The position numbers and the translations under genes were made by a program. The notes under the pieces were generated by a model. The model was not told where the DNA came from. It did no database searches and worked only from the letters and a program-made list of their open reading frames with translations. DNA of 63,731 bases, counting the filler, from Octopus bimaculoides (lineage: Eukaryota): NCBI RefSeq assembly GCF_001194135.2. It is 5 parts of 5 records of this genome, joined end to end, with 100 filler letters (N's around TTAATTAATTAA, not from the genome) between each part and the next. Parts side by side here need not be neighbours in the genome. Positions count along the whole stretch, not along the records: positions 1 to 31,087 come from NC_069000.1; positions 31,188 to 43,851 come from NC_068992.1; 3 more parts are not named here. The stretch is one strand, 5' to 3'. Below are positions 25,516-37,401 of this stretch, one piece after another. Position 1 is the stretch's first letter. Each line of letters opens with the position of its first letter.

Positions 25516-25533
25516 TGAATCCTCTTATATCAA

Positions 25534-25622
25534 AAATTACACTGAAGAGATTCTTACCCATAAACAATGGATTTTTAAATTAATCTATTAAGGGTAAGAA
25601 TCGAAACAATTGTATGTAATTT
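25534..25622 (+). ncRNA. Type I hammerhead ribozyme with intact catalytic core
   Basis: AAATTACA (25534-41) CTGAAGA (25542-48) GATTCTTACCC (25549-59), 32-nt loop, GGGTAAGAATC (25592-602) GAAA (25603-06) CAATTG TA, then TGTAATTT (25615-22). Stem I is 8 bp, stem II is 11 bp and perfect, the triplet is GUA, and cleavage is predicted after 25614. Confidence 0.85.
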
Positions 25623-25789
25623 GTATTTAATATTTATCATTTATTATATCGTATTATAAGAATATAATATAATATAATATTATCTTAATAAATTTTAATT
25701 TTTGAATTGACGCGTGTATATCTCTATTTTCTATTCATTTATATATATTATTTATTTATTTATTTAAAGGACACAATACATGTCTTTAA

Positions 25790-25853
25790 GTGCTACTAAT
25801 AGTTTCATATGTTGAGAAATATCTCAGACATATTCAACATATTCATCATGCAC
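25790..25853 (-). ncRNA. Near-intact type I hammerhead (C3A); decayed partner at 26929-26983 (+)
   Basis: Minus strand GTGC ATGATGA ATATGTTGA...TCAACATAT GAAA CTA T TAG TA GCAC: 4-bp stem I, 9-bp stem II, GUA triplet. The + copy reads TTGATGA...GAAA TTATTAG CA GCAC. Confidence 0.7.
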
Positions 25854-26050
25854 ATGTATAAGCCTAATGAAGAACTCATATGCATAAAAGTCTTGTCTCC
25901 CTCCTGTGATATCTAAAAACCTGATAGTTAATATTCGTAACAGTATGCTTAACCACTATTCCTCTAATAAATTTTCGAGAAAGCAGCCTCCTACTATATC
26001 GATGGCCTAGCCAATATTGGCTTCAAAGATAAATTGATATATAATACCTC

Positions 26051-26089
<39 letters not shown>

Positions 26090-26247
26090 TAATAATAGAT
26101 CTAGTAGCATCAAAGACAAAATAATAGATTTCTCCTCTAATATTAATCAGAATAACAATAAGAGACCAAAAATTGGCCAAGGAAAATTGTTTAATAGGCG
26201 TTATGTGAAATTATCATACAGCTTGTTGCCTCGATAGGAAGAGTATC

Positions 26248-26721
26248 ATGACACGTGGTCAATACCAAGAGCCTAGATTCAGTTGTAACAGTCGCGACCC
26301 AGGATCCGGTCCACTTGACCAACGATGTATGATTAAATCTATCATATATGAGGCAGAAGTTACTGCAACCCTAAACAATAATACAACAGTTAAGAAGGCC
26401 TATATTGGAGTATGTGAAGAGGAATTTAGAAATCGCTATACCAAACACATAGCCTCCTTCCGACATAAAGACAAAAACAAAGCTAATAATTTGGCTAACG
26501 AGACACCACATATGATTATGTGGAAAATAATTGAGAAATCCATGCCTTATGTCAATGGATCGAATAAATGTAGGCTTTGTTTAAGTGAAAGAGCGCAGAT
26601 CTTGTTCAGATCTAAGATCCCTAACTTTTTACTGAACTCCAGGTCTGAAATTTTCAGCGGTTGCAAGCATATGTCTAAAGATATTTTGAAGAAGTGGAAA
26701 ATCCGGCCTATTCCTGATTAA
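26248..26721 (+). pseudogene. Penelope-like GIY-YIG endonuclease domain, open frame in a decayed element
   Basis: SCNSRD...LDQRC (eroded Cys linker), IIYEAEV...YIGVCEEEFRNRYTKH (GIY-YIG), WKIIEK, CRLCLSE and LLNSRSE...CKH. Confidence 0.85.
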
Positions 26722-27867
26722 GTTGTTGATATCTTTCCAGCCTTAGAATTTAAGGTCTAAGGAGAATAACTCTTTTACTATTATTACTTTTTACTTTTTA
26801 CATTTAAATTTTTGCTTTCGTTTTCCGTTTTTTCAACCATCCGCACTTTCTATATGCCGCGTTTCCAGTTTTTTTTCGCGTTTTTTCTCTTATTCGATAC
26901 GTTCTTTTTAGTTCGTTATGTGTGGTTTGTATTTGATGAATATGTTTGAGATATTTCTCAACATATGAAATTATTAGCAGCACTTAAAGACATGTATTGT
27001 GTCCTTTAAATAAATAATATTTATCTCTCACCACATGGAGTACTTTTTTTACGAATTTTCTATCACAGAAAAATACAGTATATATATATGTATANNNNNN
27101 NNNNNNNNNNNNNNNNNNNNNNNNNNNNNNNNNNNNNNNNNNNNNNNNNNNNNNNNNNNNNNNNNNNNNNNNNNNNNNNNNNNNNNNNNNNNNNNNNNNN
27201 NNNNNNNNNNNNNNNNNNNNNNNNNNNNNNNNNNNNNNNNNNNNNNNNNNNNNNNNNNNNNNNNNNNNNNNNNNNNNNNNNNNNNNNNNNNNNNNNNNNN
27301 NNNNNNNNNNNNNNNNNNNNNNNNNNNNNNNNNNNNNNNNNNNNNNNNNNNNNNNNNNNNNNNNNNNNNNNNNNNNNNNNNNNNNNNNNNNNNNNNNNNN
27401 NNNNNNNNNNNNNNNNNNNNNNNNNNNNNNNNNNNNNNNNNNNNNNNNNNNNNNNNNNNNNNNNNNNNNNNNNNNNNNNNNNNNNNNNNNNNNNNNNNNN
27501 NNNNNNNNNNNNNNNNNNNNNNNNNNNNNNNNNNNNNNNNNNNNNNNNNNNNNNNNNNNNNNNNNNNNNNNNNNNNNNNNNNNNNNNNNNNNNNNNNNNN
27601 NNNNNNNNNNNNNNNNNNNNNNNNNNNNNNNNNNNNNNNNNNNNNNNNNNNNNNNNNNNNNNNNNNNNNNNNNNNNNNNNNNNNNNNNNNNNNNNNNNNN
27701 NNNNNNNNNNNNNNNNNNNNNNNNNNNNNNNNNNNNNNNNNNNNNNNNNNNNNNNNNNNNNNNNNNNNNNNNNNNNNNNNNNNNNNNNNNNNNNNNNNNN
27801 NNNNNNNNNNNNNNNNNNNNNNNNNNNNNNNNNNNNNNNNNNNNNNNNNATATATATATATATATAT

Positions 27868-30497
27868 AACCACTGGCCTTAAGTGAATTGCAAATTAACT
27901 GGTCTCAGAAATATGTGTTCAGTTACGGGTCACAAATCAGATATAAATTTGAGATATGAGATATGTAGGGCCTACATGTTAGACCAATCCGAATCTTTAT
28001 TTATGTAAATGAAGATTAAATCTGCATGTAGATTTCGTCCTTCTAGATATATAGTAAGTTATTTCATATTTGGAGTTTTACATAAGAAGAATAGGCAAAT
28101 GGGATATTATACTAACATTTGCCACGTAAATTCTAGCAGGTCCTATGTACGTGGTGCTTACTCAATTAAAAATCCTTTCGATGGAAATATTTGAATGTCT
28201 TTGTGTAGAGGGCAACTTCCTGCTTCCTATTTAGTAATTGGTGTTTAGAAGTTAAAATATGGAATAGTTCTTCCAGGCATAAGTAGACCCGCTTATCATT
28301 TCGCATGCTATATCAAAGTCAGTGTTTCTATCCTTCAAGGACAAAATAAGCCTACCTAAGCTCCTGCCATGCATTTTCTCTCTATGCTAATATGAAGCTA
28401 AATGTGTTGCTATTATCGCCTTGAATGTCGTCGAGCGTGCCCCAGTATAAAAGTGGAAAAATTCCCCTGGTGTAATCCTACAACCGTACGCTTTATTTTT
28501 CTCAGGCAACGTATTTTGAGAGGCCAAATTTTTCTTGCCACAGCAACAAAGTTTTTTTTTATCGATACTAGTTTTACTTGTATTAATGGGACCAGAAGTT
28601 GATACCTTCTCTATTTCTCTATCTACAGATCTACGTGTGTTTATATTTCGGCTATACTCTCAAGCGTTCTTGTTATTCTGTCTACCGTTTATGGTTCAGC
28701 TAAGTCAGGTATTATATCGGTTGCCTCCCTTCCACTTCCCGCCTCCATTATCGTGTACGTTTCCGTATCATTATTTGGAAGTGCTGCGTTCAAAAACTCC
28801 CCAGGTTGACTATTTACCTTCTCAACACGATGTACATAGTTGTTATCATTAAGTATATTACTTTTATAGCTATTCTTATTATCCATTTTAATGAGGAATT
28901 CAGGTATTCTCCTAATGTTATGAACCGATGTAATTTGGGCTCAGTTTTTGGTTGTGGATAATGCTAATCTAATGGTGTACCGGTAAAAGATTGTATTGTA
29001 TCTGCTCGATTAAGGAAAATAACTATCTAGAGCGGCGAAAAATTTTACAGGAATGTCAGCATCTATTTGCCTACTAAATACTGCATTATTCCACAGTGTA
29101 GTCGTCGGATTATTTGTTCCTTTGTGTGGGTCGTTTGTATTATTGAAAGTTGGTCTATTTTTATGAAAACAATCCGTTTTGTTAAGGGGTTTGTCTTATA
29201 AGTTGTTATAATACTTTTTCATATTATTAATATCCTGTATATTCCTTTCCGTAAAGGAGTTGTTCCTATTTTTGATACCTATCCCAGTGTTGCTTAGGTT
29301 ACTGGTTTTGCTAGGGGGTTTAATTGCACTGTCTCCATCTCGTTTGTCTGTATTATTTTTGCTTGTTACCACCTATTTGAAGATAAGCCTCTTAACAAAA
29401 CGGATTGTTTTCACGAAAATTGACCAACTTCCAATAATACTATCGTCTCACACAAAAGAACAAACAAATGGAGGACTGCACTGAGGTATAATGTAATATT
29501 CGGCAGGCAAGTAGATACTAACATTCCTGCAAAAGTTTTTGTCGCCATAGATAGGCAATTTCCAAAATTAAATAAACACAAAATAATCTTTAAATAGTAC
29601 ACGATTAGATAAGCTTTCTCCACTAGTAAATACTGAGCTCAAATTATAACGGCGCATAACATTAGGAGAATATCTGAATTCAGTAACATAGGAGACCTCA
29701 GTAACCATGTACATCGAGCTGAAAACGCAAATAGTCAGCCTGGAGATTTTTTGAACACAACATTAACAAACAATGATACAGAAACGCACACGATAATGGA
29801 GGCGAGAAGTGAAAGGGAGGCAACCGATACAATACCTAACTTAGCTGAACCAGAAATCATAAACGGCAGACAATAACAAGAACACTTGAGAGTATAACCG
29901 AAATGTAAACACTCGTAGATCTGGAGACAGAGAAATAACGAAGGCATCTAATTCTGGTCCTATTAGTACATGTAGAACTAGTATCGATAAAAACACTGAC
30001 ACTAATATAGCAAGCGAAATAGTAGACCTAACGTAATCGGATGAAAAAATAACAATTTATGCCTGGAAGAACCATTCCATATTTTAACTTCTAAACACCA
30101 GTTACTAAATAGGAAGCAGGAACTAGCTCTAAGAACAAAAATTTACAGAAAAGCATTCAAATATTTGCATAGAAAAGATTTTTAATTCAGTAAGCTCCAC
30201 GCACATAGGACCTACTAGAATTTACGTGGTAAATGTCAGTGTAATATCTAATTTGCCTATATCCTAGTATTAATCAGTATTCTTCTTATGTAAAACTCCA
30301 AATATGAAATAATTATATATCTCGGAGGACGAAATCTACATGCAGATTTAATCTTGAGTTACATAGATAACGATTCAGATTGGCCTTACAAGTAGATTCA
30401 ACATATATCTAAAAATTATATCTGATATGGAGATCCATAATTATACTCATATGTCTCTGAAACCCGTTAATTTGTAATTCACTTAAGGCCAGTGGTT
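27868..30497. mobile_element. 2.6-kb palindrome: two head-to-head Penelope-like fragments
   Basis: The termini aaccactggccttaagtgaatt / aattcacttaaggccagtggtt are exact inverted copies, and homology continues inward to ~29205 and ~29376. Both arms encode PLE linker (TNIPAKVFVAIDRQFPK...HNIRRI), and the right arm encodes the C-terminal NLCLEE...LLNRKQEL. Confidence 0.85.
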
Positions 30498-31050
30498 GAA
30501 CTATACCCTGACCTAATTTAGGATCTAATATTCATGATTCGAAATTCAAACTCTTAGTTATAATAGGGTTAACTTGTAAAGCGTTTTTATAGCGATATAT
30601 GTAGTTTTCAAATATGCTCTCCCATTCATTGCACTCAAAAGCTTTAGTCCCCAACCACAAATAACGCTTGCTAAACCAACATACCCTTTAGTTTGTTAAA
30701 CCACGACACTGACTAATGCTTGTATAAAGCTGCATAGACACTTAATAGAACTGGGTGCAAATGCAGTTGCGAGATATCTATGCAGCAGAAACGTACCTTG
30801 GACAGATTTAAATTAATCATCCTGTACAATTGACTGTCGAAAAAAAAAATGTGGTGATGTATTAATCACCGTATTCATTGTAATTGCATTAGATATACAC
30901 TTTCAGAACTATTTCAAATCTAATGAAGCGATTCCAGGATTTACCCATCGGATAAAATACATGGGGACTGGTTACTTAAAATAATTCTTAACGTTCCTTG
31001 CCACTCAATGTGGTTAGCCATACTTGACTCGTGAATGGTACCCGCCTAGT

Positions 31051-31087
<37 letters not shown>

Positions 31088-31131
31088 NNNNNNNNNNNNN
31101 NNNNNNNNNNNNNNNNNNNNNNNNNNNNNNN

Positions 31132-31143
31132 TTAATTAATTAA
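31132..31143. other. Artificial scaffold linker TTAATTAATTAA inside N gaps (also 43896-43907, 55207-55218, 58554-58565)
   Basis: The same 12-mer appears four times, always isolated between N runs, and places stops in all six frames. This is typical of an assembly spacer. Confidence 0.85.
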
Positions 31144-31262
31144 NNNNNNNNNNNNNNNNNNNNNNNNNNNNNNNNNNNNNNNNNNNNATATATATATATA
31201 TATATATAAATACATATGTATGTGTGCGTATATATATATATATATGCATCATGTATGTGTAC

Positions 31263-31293
<31 letters not shown>

Positions 31294-33129
31294 CTGTATG
31301 TATGCGTATATGTATATAGTGCTAGAATTAGCTGTGGACTGAAATAGACATGTAATGCAAAACCTATTCCATGAGAGTAATTGTAAGATCAAAAGATTGT
31401 TTCTGCATGTTGTGCTTGTGTATGTGTGTGTATGTGTATGTGTGTGTGTGTCTATATGGCGTTGCGTATTTATTTTTTATTTCACGAGCAATTTCATATA
31501 TTTATTTTTCTTTCGTTATTAAAAAAAAAAATATGTAAATTACAGCAGAGAATTTCAAAGTTTACTTCATCTATCTAAACTTTTCCTTGCCTGTATCAAC
31601 ATAGAAACTTTTATTCGTCTACTTCCCATAATTAATCAACGGTAAAGCACCCAGAATACCCAACTGATGAGAATTGAGCTAAAATAAACAATCGAACCCT
31701 GTACGTTAAATGAAGAAATATATTGGCACCTAAGAGCGTATTATAATTACAGAAAAAAATACAAAACAAAACAAATAACGACGAACTCGCCTAACGCCAC
31801 AGATTATGGAATGTGTGCAATGAAGCAATTGGCTGTAGCATTTTATATTATTTCTAGCTAAAATCTGTGAGAATCGAACTGATTTTATTTACAAACATGA
31901 TCGAGTCCTCTGTTATGTACCCCTTGCAATATTCCGGATATTTCTTATAGACACAAAACTACTTTATTTGAAGGGAATAATACTCCAATGTGAGCCTCTT
32001 ACCCGTTTTTTCCCTAAGACTATATTTTGCTCTATGTGTTAAACTATACCGAATGGTGAAAATGCGATACACGAAGAATTAACAGCTTTTCTTGTACATG
32101 GGTGGTCAAATTTATATCCCGTAAATAATAACCTACTAGAATCAAGACTATAAACATGATGTGGATTTTACAGAAGAATCGATTATTTTGTATGAGATAT
32201 AAAAACCGCTGAAGACATCATAGAGAAAACTCCTCTCCTATGTACAGCACAAATATTACTGCAAACACAACCGAGAAAAGATTTTTGTTTGGCAGAGAAA
32301 GCACGTAATAAAAATAATAAAATTAAGCAATTATTATTTATGCTTACTCAGTGCTTAATAAAGTAGGCTATATGCGCAGTTAAATCCAGTGGGAAATATT
32401 CCTACATGAAAATGGACGAAAAGTATTATGAGAATGTACGTAACACGACATACGTAAACAAACTTGACACAATCTTGTTTGTCCTTACTGGCAAGTATAT
32501 CAAGGCAAAGCACTGTTATATAATTACATACACCAGTCAGACTGTTCAGATGTAGTTACATATAAAAAAAACCGACATTCCAAAAAGTTATAATTATTAA
32601 AACTAGGCAAACCCAGATAGAATTATAAAGAATTGAAGCGAAAACCAGTATCATTTGATGCTTCAGAGCAATTTTCTCGATTCATTTCGTCTAACCATAG
32701 TCGGAAATGGTACGAGTACACAGGATGTTACACATAGAGTAAAAGGTACACATAACTTACACTTTCTGCTTTACGCACACGAATTATACACTACACAATC
32801 ATCATACAATATAATATACTACTAAGACAAGAAATCATCTACGAGATCTAGAATTTTATTCACTTGTGGTTGAATACAGGTTTCTGTACATGGAATGCTG
32901 AGTTTCAACATTTAGGCATGGGTAGATCTTCCCCCAAATGAAGATTTTTCTGCGGAAGAATAGCAGATGTTATAGTTGTTATATATTACATCTCCACACC
33001 AAGCAATAGACAAAGCCGACATGTCTTCACACTATTCACTAATTATATAGCATGTTTAAAGACAATCCAAAGAAAGTGTATAGGCTTATTAGAAGGAAGA
33101 AATAATATACATCAGTGACTGAACTGATT

Positions 33130-34190
33130 TCAAACTAGAAAGCGAAACGTATGTCATTGCTCCTCAGGACCAGTCCATTCCAAGTACTATTTATCAGAGC
33201 AATGTCCTAAAGATACTCACTAGAATATATGCAGCAAAGACATATACTATCCTGGCACGGGAAGAAATCCCATGGGAACAAAAAGGATGTAGGTAGAGTT
33301 CTCAGGGTACCAAGGATCACCTGGTCATCGATCAAACAGTTTCGAGGTATTGTAAAAAATATCATACAAACATGTCTATGGCTTGGATTGACTTTAAGAA
33401 GGCATACGATATAATACCGCATTCTTGGATCGTTGAATGCCTGCCGATGTCTGGTGTTGCTGACAACATCACAAATTTTCTGACGCTTATCATGAAAGAG
33501 TAGAAAACCCAATTCTACTCAAGTAATATATTCCTGAGAGGAGTTCATATTAAAAGGGGCATCTTCCAAGGTGACTCGTTTTCTCCGTTACTATTTGTAA
33601 TTGCACTAATACTCATAACAGTGACACTTAGGTAAGTTAAGAAGGGTTACCGATGTGGGAAGAAAGGCCTATCAGTGAACCATCCTCTGTTTATGGATGA
33701 CCTGGACTTATTTGGGAAATCTGAAAAACAGTTTCCTTAACCAAATCATTCCAGAAGTGTGGTAGGGATATTTGTATGGAATTTGGGATTACCAAATGAT
33801 CAGTACTTAATATGAAAATCGGGAAGAAAGCAGCCTGCAGAGGATAGCGGTTACCATCAGGAGATACCATGGGTGAACCCGACGGCAGTGGGTATACATA
33901 TTTAGGGATTTTGGATCTGGATGTCATTCTACATAGAGAAATAAAAGCCAAGGTCAGCGAGGCGTATCAAAAAAGTGTGAAGATGGTGTTGAAATCCAAC
34001 ATGAATGTCAAAACTTTGATTACTGTAATCAATATCTAGGAAGTTGCGGTGGTCAGATATAGTGCGCCTATCCTGAAATAGACTAAGGAGGAAATATCAA
34101 CACTGGATAGAAAGACGAGAAAGTTGATGACACTCCATGGGGCGCTACACTCTACAGCAAACGTAAACAGACTGTGTGTGAAAAGGTAAT
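33130..34190 (+). mobile_element. R4/Dong-like non-LTR retrotransposon RT remnant
   Basis: With stops and frameshifts: WIDFKKAYDIIPHSWI, IKRGIFQGDSFSPLLF, NHPLFMDDLDLFGK, LDRKTRKLMTLHGALH. Confidence 0.8.
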
Positions 34191-34199
34191 TGGAAACCT

Positions 34200-34316
34200 G
34201 GTGCACCCTGCCCTTATCCGCTTTCAGTCAAACCGTCCAACCCATGCCAGCATGGAAAGTGGAAGTTAAACGGTGATGATGATGATAATGATGATGATGA
34301 TGATGATGATGATGAT
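34200..34316 (+). mobile_element. LINE/SINE 3' tail with (GAT)n
   Basis: ccaacccatgccagcatggaaagtggaagttaaacgg followed by (GAT)n. Confidence 0.5.
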
Positions 34317-35075
34317 ATATATATATATATATATATATATCATATAATACACACATACATATCTGTGTGTCTGTTAATGTGTGCATGCATTCATCCGTGC
34401 GTTTGCTTGTAATAGCAATGTTAATGCCTTTAGATATGCATGTGACTGCATATGGCGTGAGTCTACATATGTGTATGGAGAAGAAAAATCTGCTTTCCGC
34501 CTAAGATGATGCAAACGTGTGTGATACTCTGTGTAACATTACGGCGATAGAAAATACCTGCAAAGCATGTGTATATGGGTGGTTCTGGTAGCGGTTCTCT
34601 AATTAAAAGCAGGCAGCTATATTCACCCTCTAATTACTATCCCTGATGAAATGTATGTCACGTCTAGATAACAGTAAAAAGCAAGCAGAAAAAATTCAAC
34701 GCCGACAAACGTACACATAAACAGAAACACAGGCACATATGCACAGACTCAGCGTCTCTCACCTTTACATCATGCTTGTCACTCTTATCCTCCTTCATCG
34801 AAATGAATGTATAAATAAAGGCATATGTACATATATACTTGCATATATATGGTTGTATGTATATATAACCATGCATACACAAATGCATGAATGCACATCC
34901 ACGCTGAAATGTGCAAGTGCCCACGTGCGTATGAGCGTGCACATATTTTGTTTTGATATATTATTCCATTATCTCTTTGATTTGCTGTTTTCGTATCCGT
35001 CTAATCTATGTAACTCTCACTCTGTCTCTCACTCTGTATCTTTCTCTCTACTTGCCTATCAACCTACCTACCAAC

Positions 35076-35159
<84 letters not shown>

Positions 35160-35689
35160 ATCTCCCATTCTGTCTCTCTCCCCTCTCTCTCCATATGTGT
35201 TTCTGTGCACGCGCGCGTATATATACTCAAAATCAAATAAGTATACGTTCCTATACGACATAGCCTTACATATATACTTGTACTGATATATGGTCATAAA
35301 GCATTGATCACTGTGAGTTACTGCACTTGGCACATTTTTGTTTTAAGTATGCAAATAACTGGTTATAAACGTGTTTTGCACCTTTCGTATAAATCTATGC
35401 CCTTTGCTTCATGACATTTATTGTGTCAAGAATCATGTGTTCACAACTGTCCTCAGGCTTCCAGAAAATAAACTTTTTCTTTTCCTCTTGGCATATCAAT
35501 TTTAGAGAATTCCTCCAACTGAAAAGTAAATATAAATATACATACATACATATATGTTTAGGTTGGAAGCTCCGAAAGTGGTCGCAGGCAGTAGCGTCCC
35601 TGTCTTCTTGACCTAGTTTTCCACCTCATTTCTTAAAAGTCGTCGTAGAGGCCTTGGTCTCGGTACCACTCATGTCTAGAAACTGAGGT

Positions 35690-35849
35690 TGAGGGTAAGC
35701 AAAGGGGAATGGGCACCAGCTAGCACAAAGTTTAGGGTGGGCTGCACCTGCCTACCTCGGTTGCTATGGCATTGAGATAGATCCGACCATCTCTGTTAAC
35801 GGGGGCACAACCCGGATTTAAAACACTGGATGATGATGATGATGATGAT
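35690..35849 (+). mobile_element. RTE-clade LINE 3' end
   Basis: gagatagatcc...aacgggggcacaacccggatttaaaacactggatgatg matches the 3' UTR and tail at 56960-57090. Confidence 0.65.
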
Positions 35850-36083
35850 AGGTACGTATGTATATGCATCTATATGTGCATATATATATATANNNNNNNN
35901 NNNNNNNNNNNNNNNNNNNNNNNNNNNNNNNNNNNNNNNNNNNNNNNNNNNNNNNNNNNNNNNNNNNNNNNNNNNNNNNNNNNNNNNNNNNNNNNNNNNN
36001 NNNNNNNNNNNNNNNNNNNNNNNNNNNNNNNNNNNNNNNNNNNNNNNNNNNNNNNNNNNNNNNNNNNNNNNNNNNNNNNNNNN

Positions 36084-36545
36084 ACAGCAGGAAAAAAATA
36101 ATAATAGTAATAATAAAGAATACATAAATGAAGGTATAGCATGTGGGACATGCCAAAAAGATATATGTCAAAAATCCCTTAAAAATACAAGGCACCCAAA
36201 AAGCCTACAAACATCATAGATAGGTCGCTATAGGCACTCCAATGCACATCTATATGTGTGGACCACAAACAACGTATGTGGTAGAATATTTGGTTATAAT
36301 AACTTGTATATGCACACATGAGAGTAAGGGGAAATCCAAGTAAGGCTGTGCACACGAACCCACACATATAGATGTGCATTGGAGTGCCTAAAGCGACCTA
36401 TCTATAATGTTTGTAGGCTTTTTGGGTGCCTTGTATTTTTAAGGGTTTTTTGACATATATCTTTTTTATATTTTTGCATGTCCCACATGCTATACCTTCA
36501 TTTATGTATTCTTTATCATTACTATTATTATTTTTTTCCTGCTGT
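36084..36545. repeat. ~460-bp foldback (MITE-like), arms ~180 bp, ~100-bp spacer
   Basis: 36084-36261 and 36360-36545 are reverse complements with few differences. The left arm abuts a gap. Confidence 0.88.
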
Positions 36546-37364
36546 ACCCTTATTTGTATTTTTATTTTTATTTTTATTTATATTTTGATTTCAATTTTAT
36601 TTTTTATTTTTATTTCTATCTTATTTTTGNNNNNNNNNNNNNNNNNNNNNNNNNNNNNNNNNNNNNNNNNNNNNNNNNNNNNNNNNNNNNNNNNNNNNNN
36701 NNNNNNNNNNNNNNNNNNNNNNNNNNNNNNNNNNNNNNNNNNNNNNNNNNNNNNNNNNNNNNNNNNNNNNNNNNNNNNNNNNNNNNNNNNNNNNNNNNNN
36801 NNNNNNNNNNNNNNNNNNNNNNNNNNNNNNNNNNNNNNNNNNNNNNNNNNNNNNNNNNNNNNNNNNNNNNNNNNNNNNNNNNNNNNNNNNNNNNNNNNNN
36901 NNNNNNNNNNNNNNNNNNNNNNNNNNNNNNNNNNNNNNNNNNNNNNNNNNNNNNNNNNNNNNNNNNNNNNNNNNNNNNNNNNNNNNNNNNNNNNNNNNNN
37001 NNNNNNNNNNNTATGTACTTTGTACTTCTATATGTAAACCATGTTGGCAAAATAACATAGTCTGGACACCTGTGCTTTGGTTTTTTCTTTCTTTTTTCTT
37101 TTCTTCCTTTTTTTGTCACTTTTGCTATGAATTAAATTAATGAATTCAACGGGATACACCGTCTGCAAGTAGTGGGGTTCAGCATATTATCCTCCATTTT
37201 CTAATTGTTACACAAATTTTGGGTAAAACCTCCACTTTTACCCGCTCCAATTGATTGCACCTAGTATAGCACTAGTGTAGCAATAATTGGGTACCCTCCC
37301 AGCAGTATACTGGATAGATACTATCCCTTAGTGGGTTGTACCCCCAACCCCTAACTCTCTCACG

Positions 37365-37401
<37 letters not shown>

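Larger units (their letters stand above)
25320..25742. repeat. ~420-bp foldback made of two head-to-head PLE pseudo-LTR copies
   Basis: The left arm (~25320-25515) and right arm (~25536-25742) are complementary, e.g. aaatgaatagaaaatggagatatac / gtatatctctattttctattcattt and gtaagaatctcttc / gaagagattcttac. Confidence 0.88.
25765..27022 (+). mobile_element. 5'-truncated Penelope-like element with inverted pseudo-LTRs
   Basis: 25765-25848 is an inverted copy of 26935-27020. The interior encodes decayed RT thumb (KSCLPPVISKN...IFEKAASYY), linker (KLFNRRYVKLSYS) and endonuclease sequence. Confidence 0.85.

Noticed and set aside
30720-30815. LHRHLIELGANAVAR as an ankyrin-repeat exon
   Set aside because: Only a short resemblance, lacking the TPLH motif and splice signals.
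31654-31695. CTGATGA...GAAC hammerhead-like string
   Set aside because: No stem I or III and a broken GAAA.
32880-32921. 42-nt exon candidate (GFCTWNAEFQHLGM)
   Set aside because: Weak donor (gtagat), and its phase does not fit the next candidate exon.
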